Positions 10,545 to 21,740 of a DNA stretch of 64,000 nt are shown piece after piece. The translations under genes and the position numbers were made by a program. Source of the DNA: Histomonas meleagridis 2922-C6/04-290x. Lineage: Eukaryota; Protista; Parabasalia. Numbering within the stretch: the stretch's first letter is position 1; the number at the start of each line of letters is the position of its first letter. Where the stretch lies: positions 1,093,040 through 1,157,039 of the forward strand of contig JAANOX010000153.1 of the NCBI GenBank assembly GCA_020184695.1, written 5' to 3'. A model generated the notes under the pieces. That model worked only from the letters and a program-made list of their open reading frames with translations. It had not been told where the DNA came from and made no database searches.

Positions 10545-11672
10545 ATGATTGAGAGAAAAGGATCTTTTAGTGACATACAACCAGTTGGTTCAAATAATAA
10601 CTCGGAAGCTGCAACCAATAGTACTGTTGCAAATCTTGCTTCGTTTCATTCGCAATTGATTACAATGGCTCAAAAATTGCAACAAAAAAAAGTTGAGCCA
10701 TCAAGAATAGAAAAACTTTCCAATAGTGCGAAAAAAATACTCGAGCTCAAAAGTTTTGAAACAATATCAAAGATTAATGCTCTGATTTATTTAATTATTA
10801 TTTTTATTGAAGCAACTAATTATGGAATAACATATCATAATCAACTTATTATTATAGAAATTGCGTGTTGTTTATTTTTATCATTTTCTATTTTGCTTAA
10901 ATTATTTTTTGATTTTCACGTATTCTTTAGAAATGGATGGAATATCTTAGATATTTTTTCTCTAGTTATTTCTATCCTTTACCTATCCATCCCATCCAGA
11001 TTTGAACAATCCAAATTAATCATCAAATTATTCCGTCTCATTCATTTTGTCAGAATCATTGAATTTATGCCTGAAACGCGTGGAATGTTCACTGCTTTTC
11101 TTTCTACAGGCTCACATCTTCTTGTAATCATACTTTTAATCTTACTTTTCCTTCTTATTATCTCTGCGCTTGCACATGTAATGTTTTCCGACATGTCTGA
11201 AACGCATTTTGGCACAATCTCTAACTCAATGTTTACCATATTTGTTATCCTTACGCAAGCAGGATGGCTTGAGTCATATGGTGAAGTTGGAGGTAAGTAT
11301 AGTACATTTGTTACAATTGCTTTTTATGTATTTGTGAGTTTTATTGGAAGTTTTGTGTTAGTTAATGCATTAACAGGCGTTTCTTCTGTAAGTATTGAGA
11401 AAGCAAAGAAAAGAAATAAGTTGGAACAAGAAGAAAACGAAATTAAAGAACACGGAGGAAAAGAAAAGCAAAAAATTTTGTCGAAACTTTTGGCGAAAAA
11501 GAAATTTTTGGAAAAATCGGGAAAATTTAGAAAGGAAAAAGTTGAGAAAATTAGAAACGCACATAAGAAAACAATCGAAAACTTAAACAGATTACAAACT
11601 CTCTCAGCACAACTAAATGAATTAACAAAGAACATTACAAATCAATCAAAATACGAATTAAATAATAACTGA
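10545..11672 (+). CDS. Single-domain 6-TM voltage-gated-type cation channel (Ion_trans; CatSper/bacterial Nav-like)
   Basis: GWNILDIFS (S3), KLFRLIHFVRII (S4), FGTISNSMFTIFVILTQAGW (pore), FVLVNALTGV (S6), C-terminal coiled coil. Initiator-like TCACTTT at 10508-10514 favours ATG 10545. Confidence 0.8.
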   Translation: MIERKGSFSDIQPVGSNNNSEAATNSTVANLASFHSQLITMAQKLQQKKVEPSRIEKLSNSAKKILELKSFETISKINALIYLIIIFIEATNYGITYHNQLIIIEIACCLFLSFSILLKLFFDFHVFFRNGWNILDIFSLVISILYLSIPSRFEQSKLIIKLFRLIHFVRIIEFMPETRGMFTAFLSTGSHLLVIILLILLFLLIISALAHVMFSDMSETHFGTISNSMFTIFVILTQAGWLESYGEVGGKYSTFVTIAFYVFVSFIGSFVLVNALTGVSSVSIEKAKKRNKLEQEENEIKEHGGKEKQKILSKLLAKKKFLEKSGKFRKEKVEKIRNAHKKTIENLNRLQTLSAQLNELTKNITNQSKYELNNN

Positions 11673-12594
11673 TTGTTATTAGTAGGAAACATGGTGCATA
11701 TTGTTTAAATAAATTGTTTTTTAATATTCTTGTTAAAGACAAAAGATAAAAAATGTTGTTCTTGAGGCAAAAACAAAGTTTAACTATTAGAATCAATTTT
11801 TATTCATAATATTTTTCATGTTAAATAATTCTTTATGCTTATATAAACATTATTTATTTTACTGATTTCATTAGCTCAGAAACAACTTGATATTAAATAA
11901 ATTAATCGAATATAAAGAAGCCATTCATAATTAATGTAAAGAACAATGATTTTTATTTAAAAATTAAGCAATTTGTATACATAATTGATTTTATACGACA
12001 ACAAGTCTCCCCAAGTACAACAGTACTTAAAGTTGTTTTTAAGGATTTAAAGATGAAGCAAAATGAAGTCAATGATAAGAATTATTCATAAGATGTAAAA
12101 GATTATTATTCAAAAGATGTTTAACAAACAAATGATCTCAAATTTTCTGCAGAAAATTTCATCAAACTGAAATATTGGATCTTTTTCGGAAAATTTTTTT
12201 TTTGACTTGAAAAAGTGGTTGTTTATCGTTAAAAGTGACACATATCGAAAAAAGTACTTTTTCAGGAATAAGATTTATTCAATTTTTTACTGAAATAGTC
12301 CATTGTTTTGAGTTTTTCAATAAATTCTGATCGTGTTTCAGGGTGGTCAAAACGAATGAAAAGAACATGCAATATCACAACAAAACAGCAAATATAAAAG
12401 TCAAAAGACAATATTCGCTATGATAACGACCGTTAGAACAAATGTGTCGCAAAACATCTTTACTCTTGGCTCCAAAAATTCTTTTAAAGTCCTTTGAACT
12501 CCTTCATTTTGCCCTTGGCCTATGCAGCATCCTTATAGAATGTTTAGCAACCTTTTGAAAAATTTATTTCAACTTTCTTGTTTTTTCAACTCAA

Positions 12595-14753
12595 ATGATA
12601 TGTAACTTAATGATTTATGCAATTCCTACAATTTGCACATTTAATTCCTTCAGTAAAAACGGTGCAGCAACAAAAAAATTCAGGCAATTCACATTTTTAT
12701 CAATTTCCAAAAGCAAAACAAAGAATATTGCGACACTCAAAGCAAGAAAGAACATCGCAAGCGCTTGCTTTCATGATAATGTTAAATATTTTTCTAATTA
12801 TCTTTTTCAACTTTTCAACATCTATTCACCCACAATAATTTCTTTTTCTGACTTGCAGCCAAAAAACCCTCATTGCATTCAGCTTAATACAAGTTATTTT
12901 AGTATATTTTCAAAACCATTACATATATCATACTTCAATCTTCTTCTTTTCATCCTCAACAGTTTCTTAATAACAATTTGTTTTGCTCTGTACTTCAAAG
13001 GGCGCTCTTCAAATGTAAAATCTTTCTTTCGAAATATTGAATCAAGTTTTTTTCTATTTCTTTTTGCTTTGTTTTTCGCTCACACATTCCAAACATATAT
13101 CGACGAAAACAGCACACTTATAATAAACGATGAAAATGATTTTGATAAAGTGTATTCTAATTCAACTGTTAACGTTATCATATATGGAAATGTTTCAATT
13201 TCAAGTGGCGAATTCAGTGGGTGGCCTCTGCTGAAGTATGCGTACATCGGCGACTTGGTTACATCAATTGGAGGCTCTGCTTTTTCCGGCTGCAGTAGTT
13301 TGGAAAATGTTGTAATTGGAGAAAATGTAAAAGAAATTGGAGGCTCTGCATTTTCATTTTGTACAAATTTGTCAAGTATTACAATTCCACATTCAGTTAC
13401 ATCAATTGGAGGCTCTGCTTTTTTTCCGGCTGCAGTAGTTTGGAAAATGTTGTAATTGGAGAAAATGTAAAAGAAATTGGAGGCTCTGCATTTTCATTTT
13501 GTACAAATTTGTCAAGTATTACAATTCCACATTCAGTTACATCAATTGGAGGCTCTGCTTTTTCCGGCTGCAGTAGTTTGGAAAATGTTGTAATTGGAGA
13601 AAATGTAAAAGAAATTGGAGGCTCTGCATTTTCATTTTGTACAAATTTGTCAAGTATTACAATTCCACATTCAGTTACATCAATTGGAGGCTCTGCTTTT
13701 TCCGGCTGCAGTAGTTTGGAAAATGTTGTAATTGGAGAAAATGTAAAAGAAATTGGAGGCTCTGCATTTTCATTTTGTACAAATTTGTCAAGTATTACAA
13801 TTCCACATTCAGTTACATCAATTGGAGGCTCTGCTTTTTTTCAGGCTGCAGTAGTTTGGAAAATGTTGTAATTGGAGAAAATGTAAAAGAAATTGGAGGC
13901 TCTGCATTTTCATTTTGTACAAATTTGTCAAGTATTACAATTCCACATTCAGTTACATCAATTGGAGGCTCTGCTTTTTCCGGCTGCAGTGGTTTGGAAA
14001 ATGTTGTAATTGGAGAAAATGTAAAAGAAATTGGAGATTCTGCATTTTCTTACTGCAATAATCTACATTGCATATATTATTATGGGACAGAGGAGGTATC
14101 AATTGGTACTAACGCATTCCAAAATGTTTCAACTGATGTTATGGTAACTAAGGATTATGTTGGTGCCAAATTTGCAACATTAAATGTAACATATGAAACT
14201 ACAACAGGCTGCGCGCCGATGCCGACGCTTCCATTCGCGCAGTCGAACACATTCTCTAATTCGAACACGTTCGCTGCTTCACTTCGCGGCGATATTTCGC
14301 AGACGTTTTCGTTTACATTAACAGTTACTTTGTCTGTTTCATATTCGCTGACGTATTCTGCGCTTGGCACGCAAACGCTTTCGTATTATTTGAGTAATTC
14401 GATGATAACTTATGTTGAAACGAATTTCATATACTACAATTACACAGTCATTGTATATTCGACATATTATAGCTATTACTCGAACTTCTTCACGTATGTG
14501 TATCTGAGTCCAAGTGATGCATCGGGCGGAATGACAACTGCGGCGCTGATCGGAATAATCTGCGGCGCCGTCGCATTCGTTTTTGATTGTCGTCGCAGCT
14601 GTTACGTTTTTGGTGAAAAGTAATAACAGAAAGGAAAAGTCGAGCGTGAAGCTGCAGTTTAAGGAGACAACGACGTCAACGACAAAGCAGTACGACGATG
14701 TCGACAGCATAGTGGAAGAGCTCGCGAAAGAAGACGAAGACAATTGGATATGA
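12595..14753 (+). pseudogene. BspA-like (TpLRR) type I surface protein, frameshifted three times as assembled
   Basis: Signal-like FFLFLFALFFA, TpLRR repeats, Ser/Thr/Tyr-rich stalk, TM helix and acidic tail ending DEDNWI* (TGA 14751-14753); frame breaks at T-runs 13419-13425, 13835-13841 and 14580-14584. True start uncertain. Confidence 0.8.
13258..14045 (+). repeat. Near-perfect 138-nt (46-aa) tandem repeat, 5 full copies plus one partial
   Basis: GTTACATCAATTGG unit starts at 13258, 13396, 13536, 13674, 13812 and 13952 (spacings 138,140,138,138,140). Confidence 0.95.
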
Positions 14754-15410
14754 CGAAATTGTTGAGTAAAATATTTTATTTTTTTAGATTGTAAAACTGA
14801 GCGAAATATTTACAGTAAACATCGGATTAGTGTATTTGAAAATGGAACAGTTCATTGATAGAACATACTCTATCCATGGGATATGAACAGAATATTTATG
14901 AATGTTGTCATGAGTTATATAATTTCGATATACGAAATGTATAATTCAATATGTTTAATGAATATTTGTTTATGTGCATTAAAATATTGCATTGAATCAT
15001 TCATATTCATAATAATAACAATTAAATCTTCGGCTTTGATATAACCAATTCCCACGGAATATATGTCACATAAACGAATATTATTGTTAGTTCCTTACAC
15101 ATTCATTTTGGACAAATAATTAACACTTATTTTATAGAAAAAACATATCGGATGGAACATATTTACGACATTGTGTTTCACTTTATACGCCTGTTAGTGT
15201 CATTGATAAATTTGAATATTTTTTGACTTTTTTCAATGTGGACGTTCACCGGAAATGTTTTTTCGATTTAGCGACGGTTTCCATGGAAAATTTGTTGATT
15301 TCTGTAAGCAAAATAAAACGTTTGGTATCTTCCATTGTCAAAAAGTTTATCGAACTTATTTTGAACAGGGAACGCTTTTTTCAGTCACTGTAAGCAAACA
15401 AGCTTTTATC

Positions 15411-17413
15411 ATGTTTCTTGCGCTCTTATTAGCATCTAGCTATGAGATATTTATCCCAGAAAACAACACGCTCATATATGACAGTGAAGATGATAACATC
15501 ACACAATATAAAGATTAAACAAATTACTATCATTTTATAGGAGAATTCCAATTCATTATGGATAACTTATTCTATAAATGGGATTCAATAATATATGTCC
15601 TAATTGGTGATTTTGTCCAAACAATCGGCGAGTCAGCATTTGAAAGTTGCAAAAACATTCAAACGATTATTTTCAGTGACAACCTTCAAATAATAGGAAC
15701 CAATGAATTGAATATGTGCACCATAATATTAAACATCACACTTCCACAATCACTCATAACGATCGTAAATTCATCATTTTATTCATGCGTCCAATTGAAG
15801 TCAATTACTTTCAATGACAATGTTACGTCAATTGGCGAATCCGCATTTCGTTTATGTTCACAGCTAACAAACATTACAATACCAAACTCATTTACCACAA
15901 TTGGTGAATCTGCATTTCAATCATGTAACAATCTCAAAGAAGTATATCTTGGCTACAAAGTAGAATCAATTAATAAGTTGACATTTTCATCATGTATCAA
16001 ATTAGAAAAAATTTTAATATCAGCGTCAGTTAAATCGATTGGCGAACAATCATTTTACAAATGCAATGAATTGGAAACAATTAATATCGGTGATAATGTA
16101 ACAACTATAGGCAAGTCATCATTTTCTTCGTGCAAAGCTTTAATATACAATTTTCTAACTCAGTTATAACTATTTGTGAAAGTGCATTTTCATCATGCTC
16201 AAAGTTAACAAATGTTACACTTTCTGATTCAGTTAAAACTATTTGCGAAGATGCATTTTATTCTTGTTCCAAATTACAAACAATATCACTCAGCGCAAGT
16301 CTCGAAGTCATCGAAAACTTTGCATATCGCTCATGTTCCAAATTAATTAATATCACAATTCCATCGTTAGTTAATTCGATTGGTGTTGAATCATTCGCAT
16401 ATTGTACAAGTTTAGAGTATATTGGTGTTAATGCAAATAATTCACATTATTCCAATTTCGATAACGACGGAGTTCTATATGATAAAAATGTTTCGAAACT
16501 TATACTTTATCCATTAGGAAGAAAAAATGTTACATTCACAATATTAAACACAGTAATATCTATAGGAGAAAAAGCATTTCAACGGAATAAAGATCTGGAA
16601 ACAGTTATTATTAATGAACAATCACAAACAATTGGAGATAATGCATTCGAATCTTGTACAGGTTTGTTAAATATGACAATTCCAAATAGCGTTATATCAA
16701 TTGGAGATTCTGCATTTAGATCATGTACGAAGTTAACAAATGTATATCTTAATGAGAATTTGGAAACAATTAAAAGTTCCGCATTTTATTCATGTCGCCA
16801 ATCGGAAATAATAATACCGAATACAGTGATAACTATTGGTAATTATACTTTTAATACTTGTGTGAATTTAAAAATGTTACAAATTGGAACTAAAGTTAAT
16901 GCAATTGGGAATTATGTGTTCCAATCATGTTCAAGTTTAATCAATGTAACAATTCCAAATTCGGTACTTTTTATTGGCGATTATTCATTTAAGTCATGTA
17001 GGAAATTAAAAAGAGTAATTTTCGGAGATAATATTACGCGAATCGGTAAACAAACATTTTATTCGTGTAGTGCTTTGGAAGAAATTATATTACCTAAAGA
17101 ATCAACTTTTGTTGCTGAACAATCATTTACTTTATGTACGAAATTAATAACTGTTACATTTAATGATAGAATCGAAGTAATATCTGATAAAGCATTTGAA
17201 TCATGTGAATCATTAACTGAAGTTTCACTTCCTGATTCTGTGGTATCAATTGGTGAAATGGCGTTTTCGAATAATTATAAATTGCAAAAAGTAATTCTCA
17301 GTAATAATATTACAATTATTAAAAGTTCTACGTTTTATAATTGTCAATCGGTTTCATTCTTCTTGTTGAAAAGACAAAGAGAGAAAAACAATGAATTTAG
17401 TATGATGGTTTAG
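15411..17413 (+). pseudogene. Second BspA-like LRR gene, disrupted and 3'-truncated
   Basis: MFLALLLASSY signal, many IGESAF-x-C-x-x-L repeats; in-frame TAA at 15516-15518, frameshift near 16140-16169, ends without TM anchor. Confidence 0.8.
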
Positions 17414-17853
17414 TAGTAAATTTTCTTTTTTATCTTTGATAACTTATTTGCGATGATTCGATTGTTTTCACACACAAAAAAATATATTTTATGTAATATT
17501 ATGTGTGTTATTGGCTCTGTGTGATATTTCAAGGATGTGTTTTTTTCTTTTTATTCTTATTTATCAGAAATATACCCAAATTTAACACGTATATCATTTG
17601 AATAATTTATTGATTTCATTTTTGCATTCTCTTTTGTGATTCTATTTACCATGTTTTATGAATGTATGTATGAAGTTTTCAATTTTTTCAATTTTCATGT
17701 TTATCTCTGCAAAAATTATAACATCACTAAAATGTATCAAAATTGTTCATAATTTTAATTATAAATTCATAATGTTTTGAAATTTCGATATCTTTTGCGA
17801 TTTTCAAACTCAATATAAAGAAAAGCAATTAAATGATTGGAAGAATTTTTATA

Positions 17854-18315
17854 TTAGAAGCTATTGAATGGTTCATTGTTTGGAATTTCATCACCACCAA
17901 AGGGATTTTCTTCAATATCATCAGGGAGAGATTGCGCTTCTGTGTGTTTGATATAAGGAACAGGATAATTTACCTTATGAGGAAGATCTAATTTCAATCT
18001 TGTTGCCATATTACGAACATCTTGGGGGGTACGGTTTGTTGACAAATCTTTTGCTATTTTAGCCCACATGCTTTGTTGACCTTTGTATATTTTATACAAC
18101 CTACATAACTCTACCTTTTCTTCTTTTGTCCATTCGCCTTTGTTAATATCTGGATTAAGGGATTTATGCCAGTGATCATAACATTGTTTGTGATTTCGAT
18201 CGTTACCAACATAATTTGATATTTCTTCAAAATTTGAGCCGAACAAATGAACGCCCTCCTTAAGTCTTTGGTCTTCTTCTTGACTCCATCTTTTTCTCCC
18301 TTTTGTGTTTTTCAT
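17854..18315 (-). CDS. Two-repeat Myb-like DNA-binding protein
   Basis: RWSQEEDQRLKEGV...QCYDHWHKSLNPDINKGEWTKEE...WAKIAK; ATG at 18315 (track start 18327 is TTG). Confidence 0.9.
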   Translation of the reverse strand: MKNTKGRKRWSQEEDQRLKEGVHLFGSNFEEISNYVGNDRNHKQCYDHWHKSLNPDINKGEWTKEEKVELCRLYKIYKGQQSMWAKIAKDLSTNRTPQDVRNMATRLKLDLPHKVNYPVPYIKHTEAQSLPDDIEENPFGGDEIPNNEPFNSF

Positions 18316-18997
18316 GAAGAAAGACAAGAAAATTGTTCAAATTTTAACCGTTGTTTTCAATATTGGATTTTTTGAAAAATTGAAACGATTATTTGCTTTT
18401 CATAGAGTTCATTATCTTACAAAAAGTTATATCGTACTTCTTATTTTCGATTTCAGTTAAGTCATTTAATGAAGGTTTAACAAAAAAACAAATCATTCCC
18501 TAAATTCGTAATTTCAATCAACAAAAGAAACGCTTGTGTTTCACTGCATTTGATATCATCTTGTCTTGCTTTTTCGCAAGTTTTATGTATAAAATACAAA
18601 TATCATCACATTATTAAAATATGATTTCGTGTTGTTTGCATGAGAAAAGATCTAATAATTGCAATTCTTTTATTTGGCCAACTCCATAAGATATCTCACG
18701 AAGATTCAATTTTTCCTTATTATTTTTTGAGATATATTATTATGTATCTCCCTCTTTTTTGATTAGAAATATGATATACGCATTAAACTTGATAATTTTA
18801 AAATATTATTAATGTTGATGATTTAGATTGATTAAGAATTCTGAACATTGTTAAATCTTTTAATTAATCACTTCATTAATGAAGTGATTTCCTCTAGCTG
18901 TATTCACAAACAAACTCTGAGTTTATCCAATTATTCTTTTAAAATTTATTCTGATTTGAGCTGATAGTATTTTTCAATACTTTACATACTTCCAGGG

Positions 18998-20242
18998 ATG
19001 GATAAGTCTGCACCTGTTTACCTCGCAAACCTTATTCATCTTTATGCTTCTCGTTCTTACAATGAACTAGATAAACTACTCGATGAAGGCTCAGGCGAAG
19101 AATCACAGAAACGCTCTTTAATGCGAAAATTAAACATGATTTATGTCATTGGAACCAAACTTACAATGGCCATCAGATTTAATGAAAAGTTTCCAAACTC
19201 GAAAGAGCTATTCGAATATTTAAACAACTCCTCTTTTTATGAACAATATTTAAGAATCTTTGCAGATAATCTTTATTTCCAACATTATAATATACAAAAC
19301 ACGCTCACATCAATGTATGATGTTACTGGTGCAATTGATTTGTTAATTGGGGACTGCACATCTCGGTTACCATTATCCATTTTTCCCAACGGTCCCAAAT
19401 TTGACCAAGATCCCAAACCCTTCTTTCGTCTTATCAATGATATTTTAAAATCCAAGTTACTTACAGTTCGACTTCCCCCATCATTTCTTGTCAGATTCCG
19501 CCGTGGTCGCATTATTCTCACCTCACCAAACCGCTACAAGCTTACTGTCTCCATTACTTCACGCGATGGACCTTTTGTTGCCTCCACACTCGATTTTCTT
19601 CTTCCCAATTTCCGACCCATCAAACCAGGAATTGATGTTCTCACGCAAATGTACAACGGCGGCATTAACCCGCACTTTAATGTCCTTATACTTTATGACA
19701 CCATTCGCCGGATAATAATCAAAATCAACGAAATCTTTTCGGATAACGAAGATCCTTTTTATGTCATTGATTCATTTTTATTACGCGTCATATTAAACTT
19801 TGAGTTTCAACGTATCATATCAGAAGCTAAACGTGTTCGATATGAAGTAACAACACGAAAAGAAGAAGGACAAAGTCCACGAAGAATGAAGTTTTTCTTT
19901 TGGAATTCACATTTCGAAATATTTCTGACGCAAAATTCCGTAAATTGTTCGTTCGAAGGTTATAACATTGGAGAAGTAACACATAAATCATTTTCCGAGA
20001 TATTCGGAGAATGTAAAAGAAGAGCGGCGCTTAATAACTTAACAAATTTGCAGACACAACTAAAAGGCGATGTCCACGACGCAATTATGCCGTTCTTAAG
20101 AGTCGACGGTGTCGATGTGTTTGTGAAGAGCTCGTCGCGCAATATGCCGATGTTCTTCGTTCGGGATCGAGAGGACTTGACAAGGCTGCTGTGGAATAAG
20201 CAATACCTGCTGTTCCATAAGGTGGCAGAAAATAAGAATTAA
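18998..20242 (+). CDS. MED14: Mediator subunit Med14 (Rgr1) N-terminal-domain protein
   Basis: YLANLIHLYASRSYNEL, YDVTGAIDLLIGDCTSRLP and LINDILKSKLLTVRLPPSF..RGRIILT..RYKLTV follow the Med14 N-terminal pattern; recognised by eye, not by HMM. Confidence 0.65.
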   Translation: MDKSAPVYLANLIHLYASRSYNELDKLLDEGSGEESQKRSLMRKLNMIYVIGTKLTMAIRFNEKFPNSKELFEYLNNSSFYEQYLRIFADNLYFQHYNIQNTLTSMYDVTGAIDLLIGDCTSRLPLSIFPNGPKFDQDPKPFFRLINDILKSKLLTVRLPPSFLVRFRRGRIILTSPNRYKLTVSITSRDGPFVASTLDFLLPNFRPIKPGIDVLTQMYNGGINPHFNVLILYDTIRRIIIKINEIFSDNEDPFYVIDSFLLRVILNFEFQRIISEAKRVRYEVTTRKEEGQSPRRMKFFFWNSHFEIFLTQNSVNCSFEGYNIGEVTHKSFSEIFGECKRRAALNNLTNLQTQLKGDVHDAIMPFLRVDGVDVFVKSSSRNMPMFFVRDREDLTRLLWNKQYLLFHKVAENKN

Positions 20243-20544
20243 TTTATAGATGTTAAAAAGAAATAAAAATCATTAAAATGTATAAAATTATTTCTGTTTG
20301 TTTCTGAAGTAGAATTTATGAAATTCTTTTGACACTTACGAAATGGCAATATCTTGTTGATAAATTAATAGATAATCATAAATAATGTTTCCCAAGCATA
20401 TAATGATTTTGACAAAAGAGTGAAACTTTGTTTGTTTTGCAATCAACAACAGTTAATGAGTGTTCATTTGATTTGAAAAATATTTGTTATAATGTGAAAG
20501 CATTGATACTTATAATACAAATCAAACATACACCGATTTTTTAC

Positions 20545-21597
20545 TTACAATTTCTGTTTTGCAGCACGCAGTCTCTTGACTTCTTTTTGAAGTTCTTCGT
20601 TCTCTTTGTCGATCTGCATAATTTCCTCATCAAGCATTTTATTATCCATTTCAAGTGCTCTTTTCTCTTCCTCCAATCTTTGCACCTCTCTTATACTTTC
20701 CCGAACTTTACTACTTCTTCGTGTTGATGAAGAAGAAGTTGACTTCTTTAACGTTTGTATATCACTGAGAACTTCTTCAATTTGTGTTTCGTGGCGAATT
20801 TCATTATCTTTGATCATTTTCTCTGCGTAATTCGCACGTGAATTAGAAGTCGCAATAAATTGGAGAAGTGTTTCTTTTTCAACTTTGTATTGCTTTTTAA
20901 GTGAAGAAAGATGCGTTTCATACATTCGTTTCCTTTCTTCAATTTCTTGATCAAGTCGAATGATTTCTTCATTTTGCGATTTCCGACGGATTTCAACAGA
21001 ATTTAAACATTCTTTTATCTTCAAACGTGATTCACGAAGTTCGTTACGCGTTATTGTTGTGATTTCTGAGATTTGATCTTCAAGTTGTATTATCTTTTTG
21101 GATAATTTATTTTGTTCTTTGTCAAAATCTTTATTAATATTAGATGATGAATATTGTGATTTAACATTTGTGAGTTGGTTTTGAGCTTGTATAGTTTCGC
21201 TTTTGTACTTTTCAAGCTCATCTAATTTTTCTTGGATAACAATAGCTGAATGCATTTCAGACCATCTACGAGTTTCAGCTATTGACTTTTGGAATTCGCT
21301 ATTTAATTTATAAATTTCTTTTTCATGCTTCGATTTCAATTCTTTTATCAACGCTTGATGCTCTGCTTGAATTCTGTATATTTCTTCTTCCTCTTTTTGC
21401 GCAAAATCCTCATCATTACTTAGTTCTAAGTTTTTGATTTCTGCTTTTTTTTGTGAAATTATTGTCATTAATTTTGAAATAATATTCTCTGCTTGTTTAA
21501 TAACTTCCTTATGATGCAAAAGTTCTTCTTCTTTTTGTTTGAGCAGATTTTGCGCTTCTATATTCATCTCTCCAAGAGATAAGTCTTCATCATCCAT
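20545..21597 (-). CDS. Hypothetical coiled-coil protein
   Basis: Long Glu/Lys/Gln-rich heptad sequence; ATG of MDDEDLSL at 21597 preferred. Confidence 0.75.
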   Translation of the reverse strand: MDDEDLSLGEMNIEAQNLLKQKEEELLHHKEVIKQAENIISKLMTIISQKKAEIKNLELSNDEDFAQKEEEEIYRIQAEHQALIKELKSKHEKEIYKLNSEFQKSIAETRRWSEMHSAIVIQEKLDELEKYKSETIQAQNQLTNVKSQYSSSNINKDFDKEQNKLSKKIIQLEDQISEITTITRNELRESRLKIKECLNSVEIRRKSQNEEIIRLDQEIEERKRMYETHLSSLKKQYKVEKETLLQFIATSNSRANYAEKMIKDNEIRHETQIEEVLSDIQTLKKSTSSSSTRRSSKVRESIREVQRLEEEKRALEMDNKMLDEEIMQIDKENEELQKEVKRLRAAKQKL

Positions 21598-21740
21598 TTG
21601 AAGAAGAAAATTGTAAACGTACTCTAATACGATGCACAAGAAGGACGTTAAATCAATTCAACTTACACTTTTCAAATAATTCAGTGCGTATGTGAATATT
21701 TTAACATAAAATATTACCGATACGGATTCGTTATTGCAAG

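Noticed and set aside
12330-12580. Short open minus-strand stretch (GCCIGQGQNEGVQRTLKEFLEPRVK...)
   Set aside because: About 40 codons, no start codon and no recognisable family.
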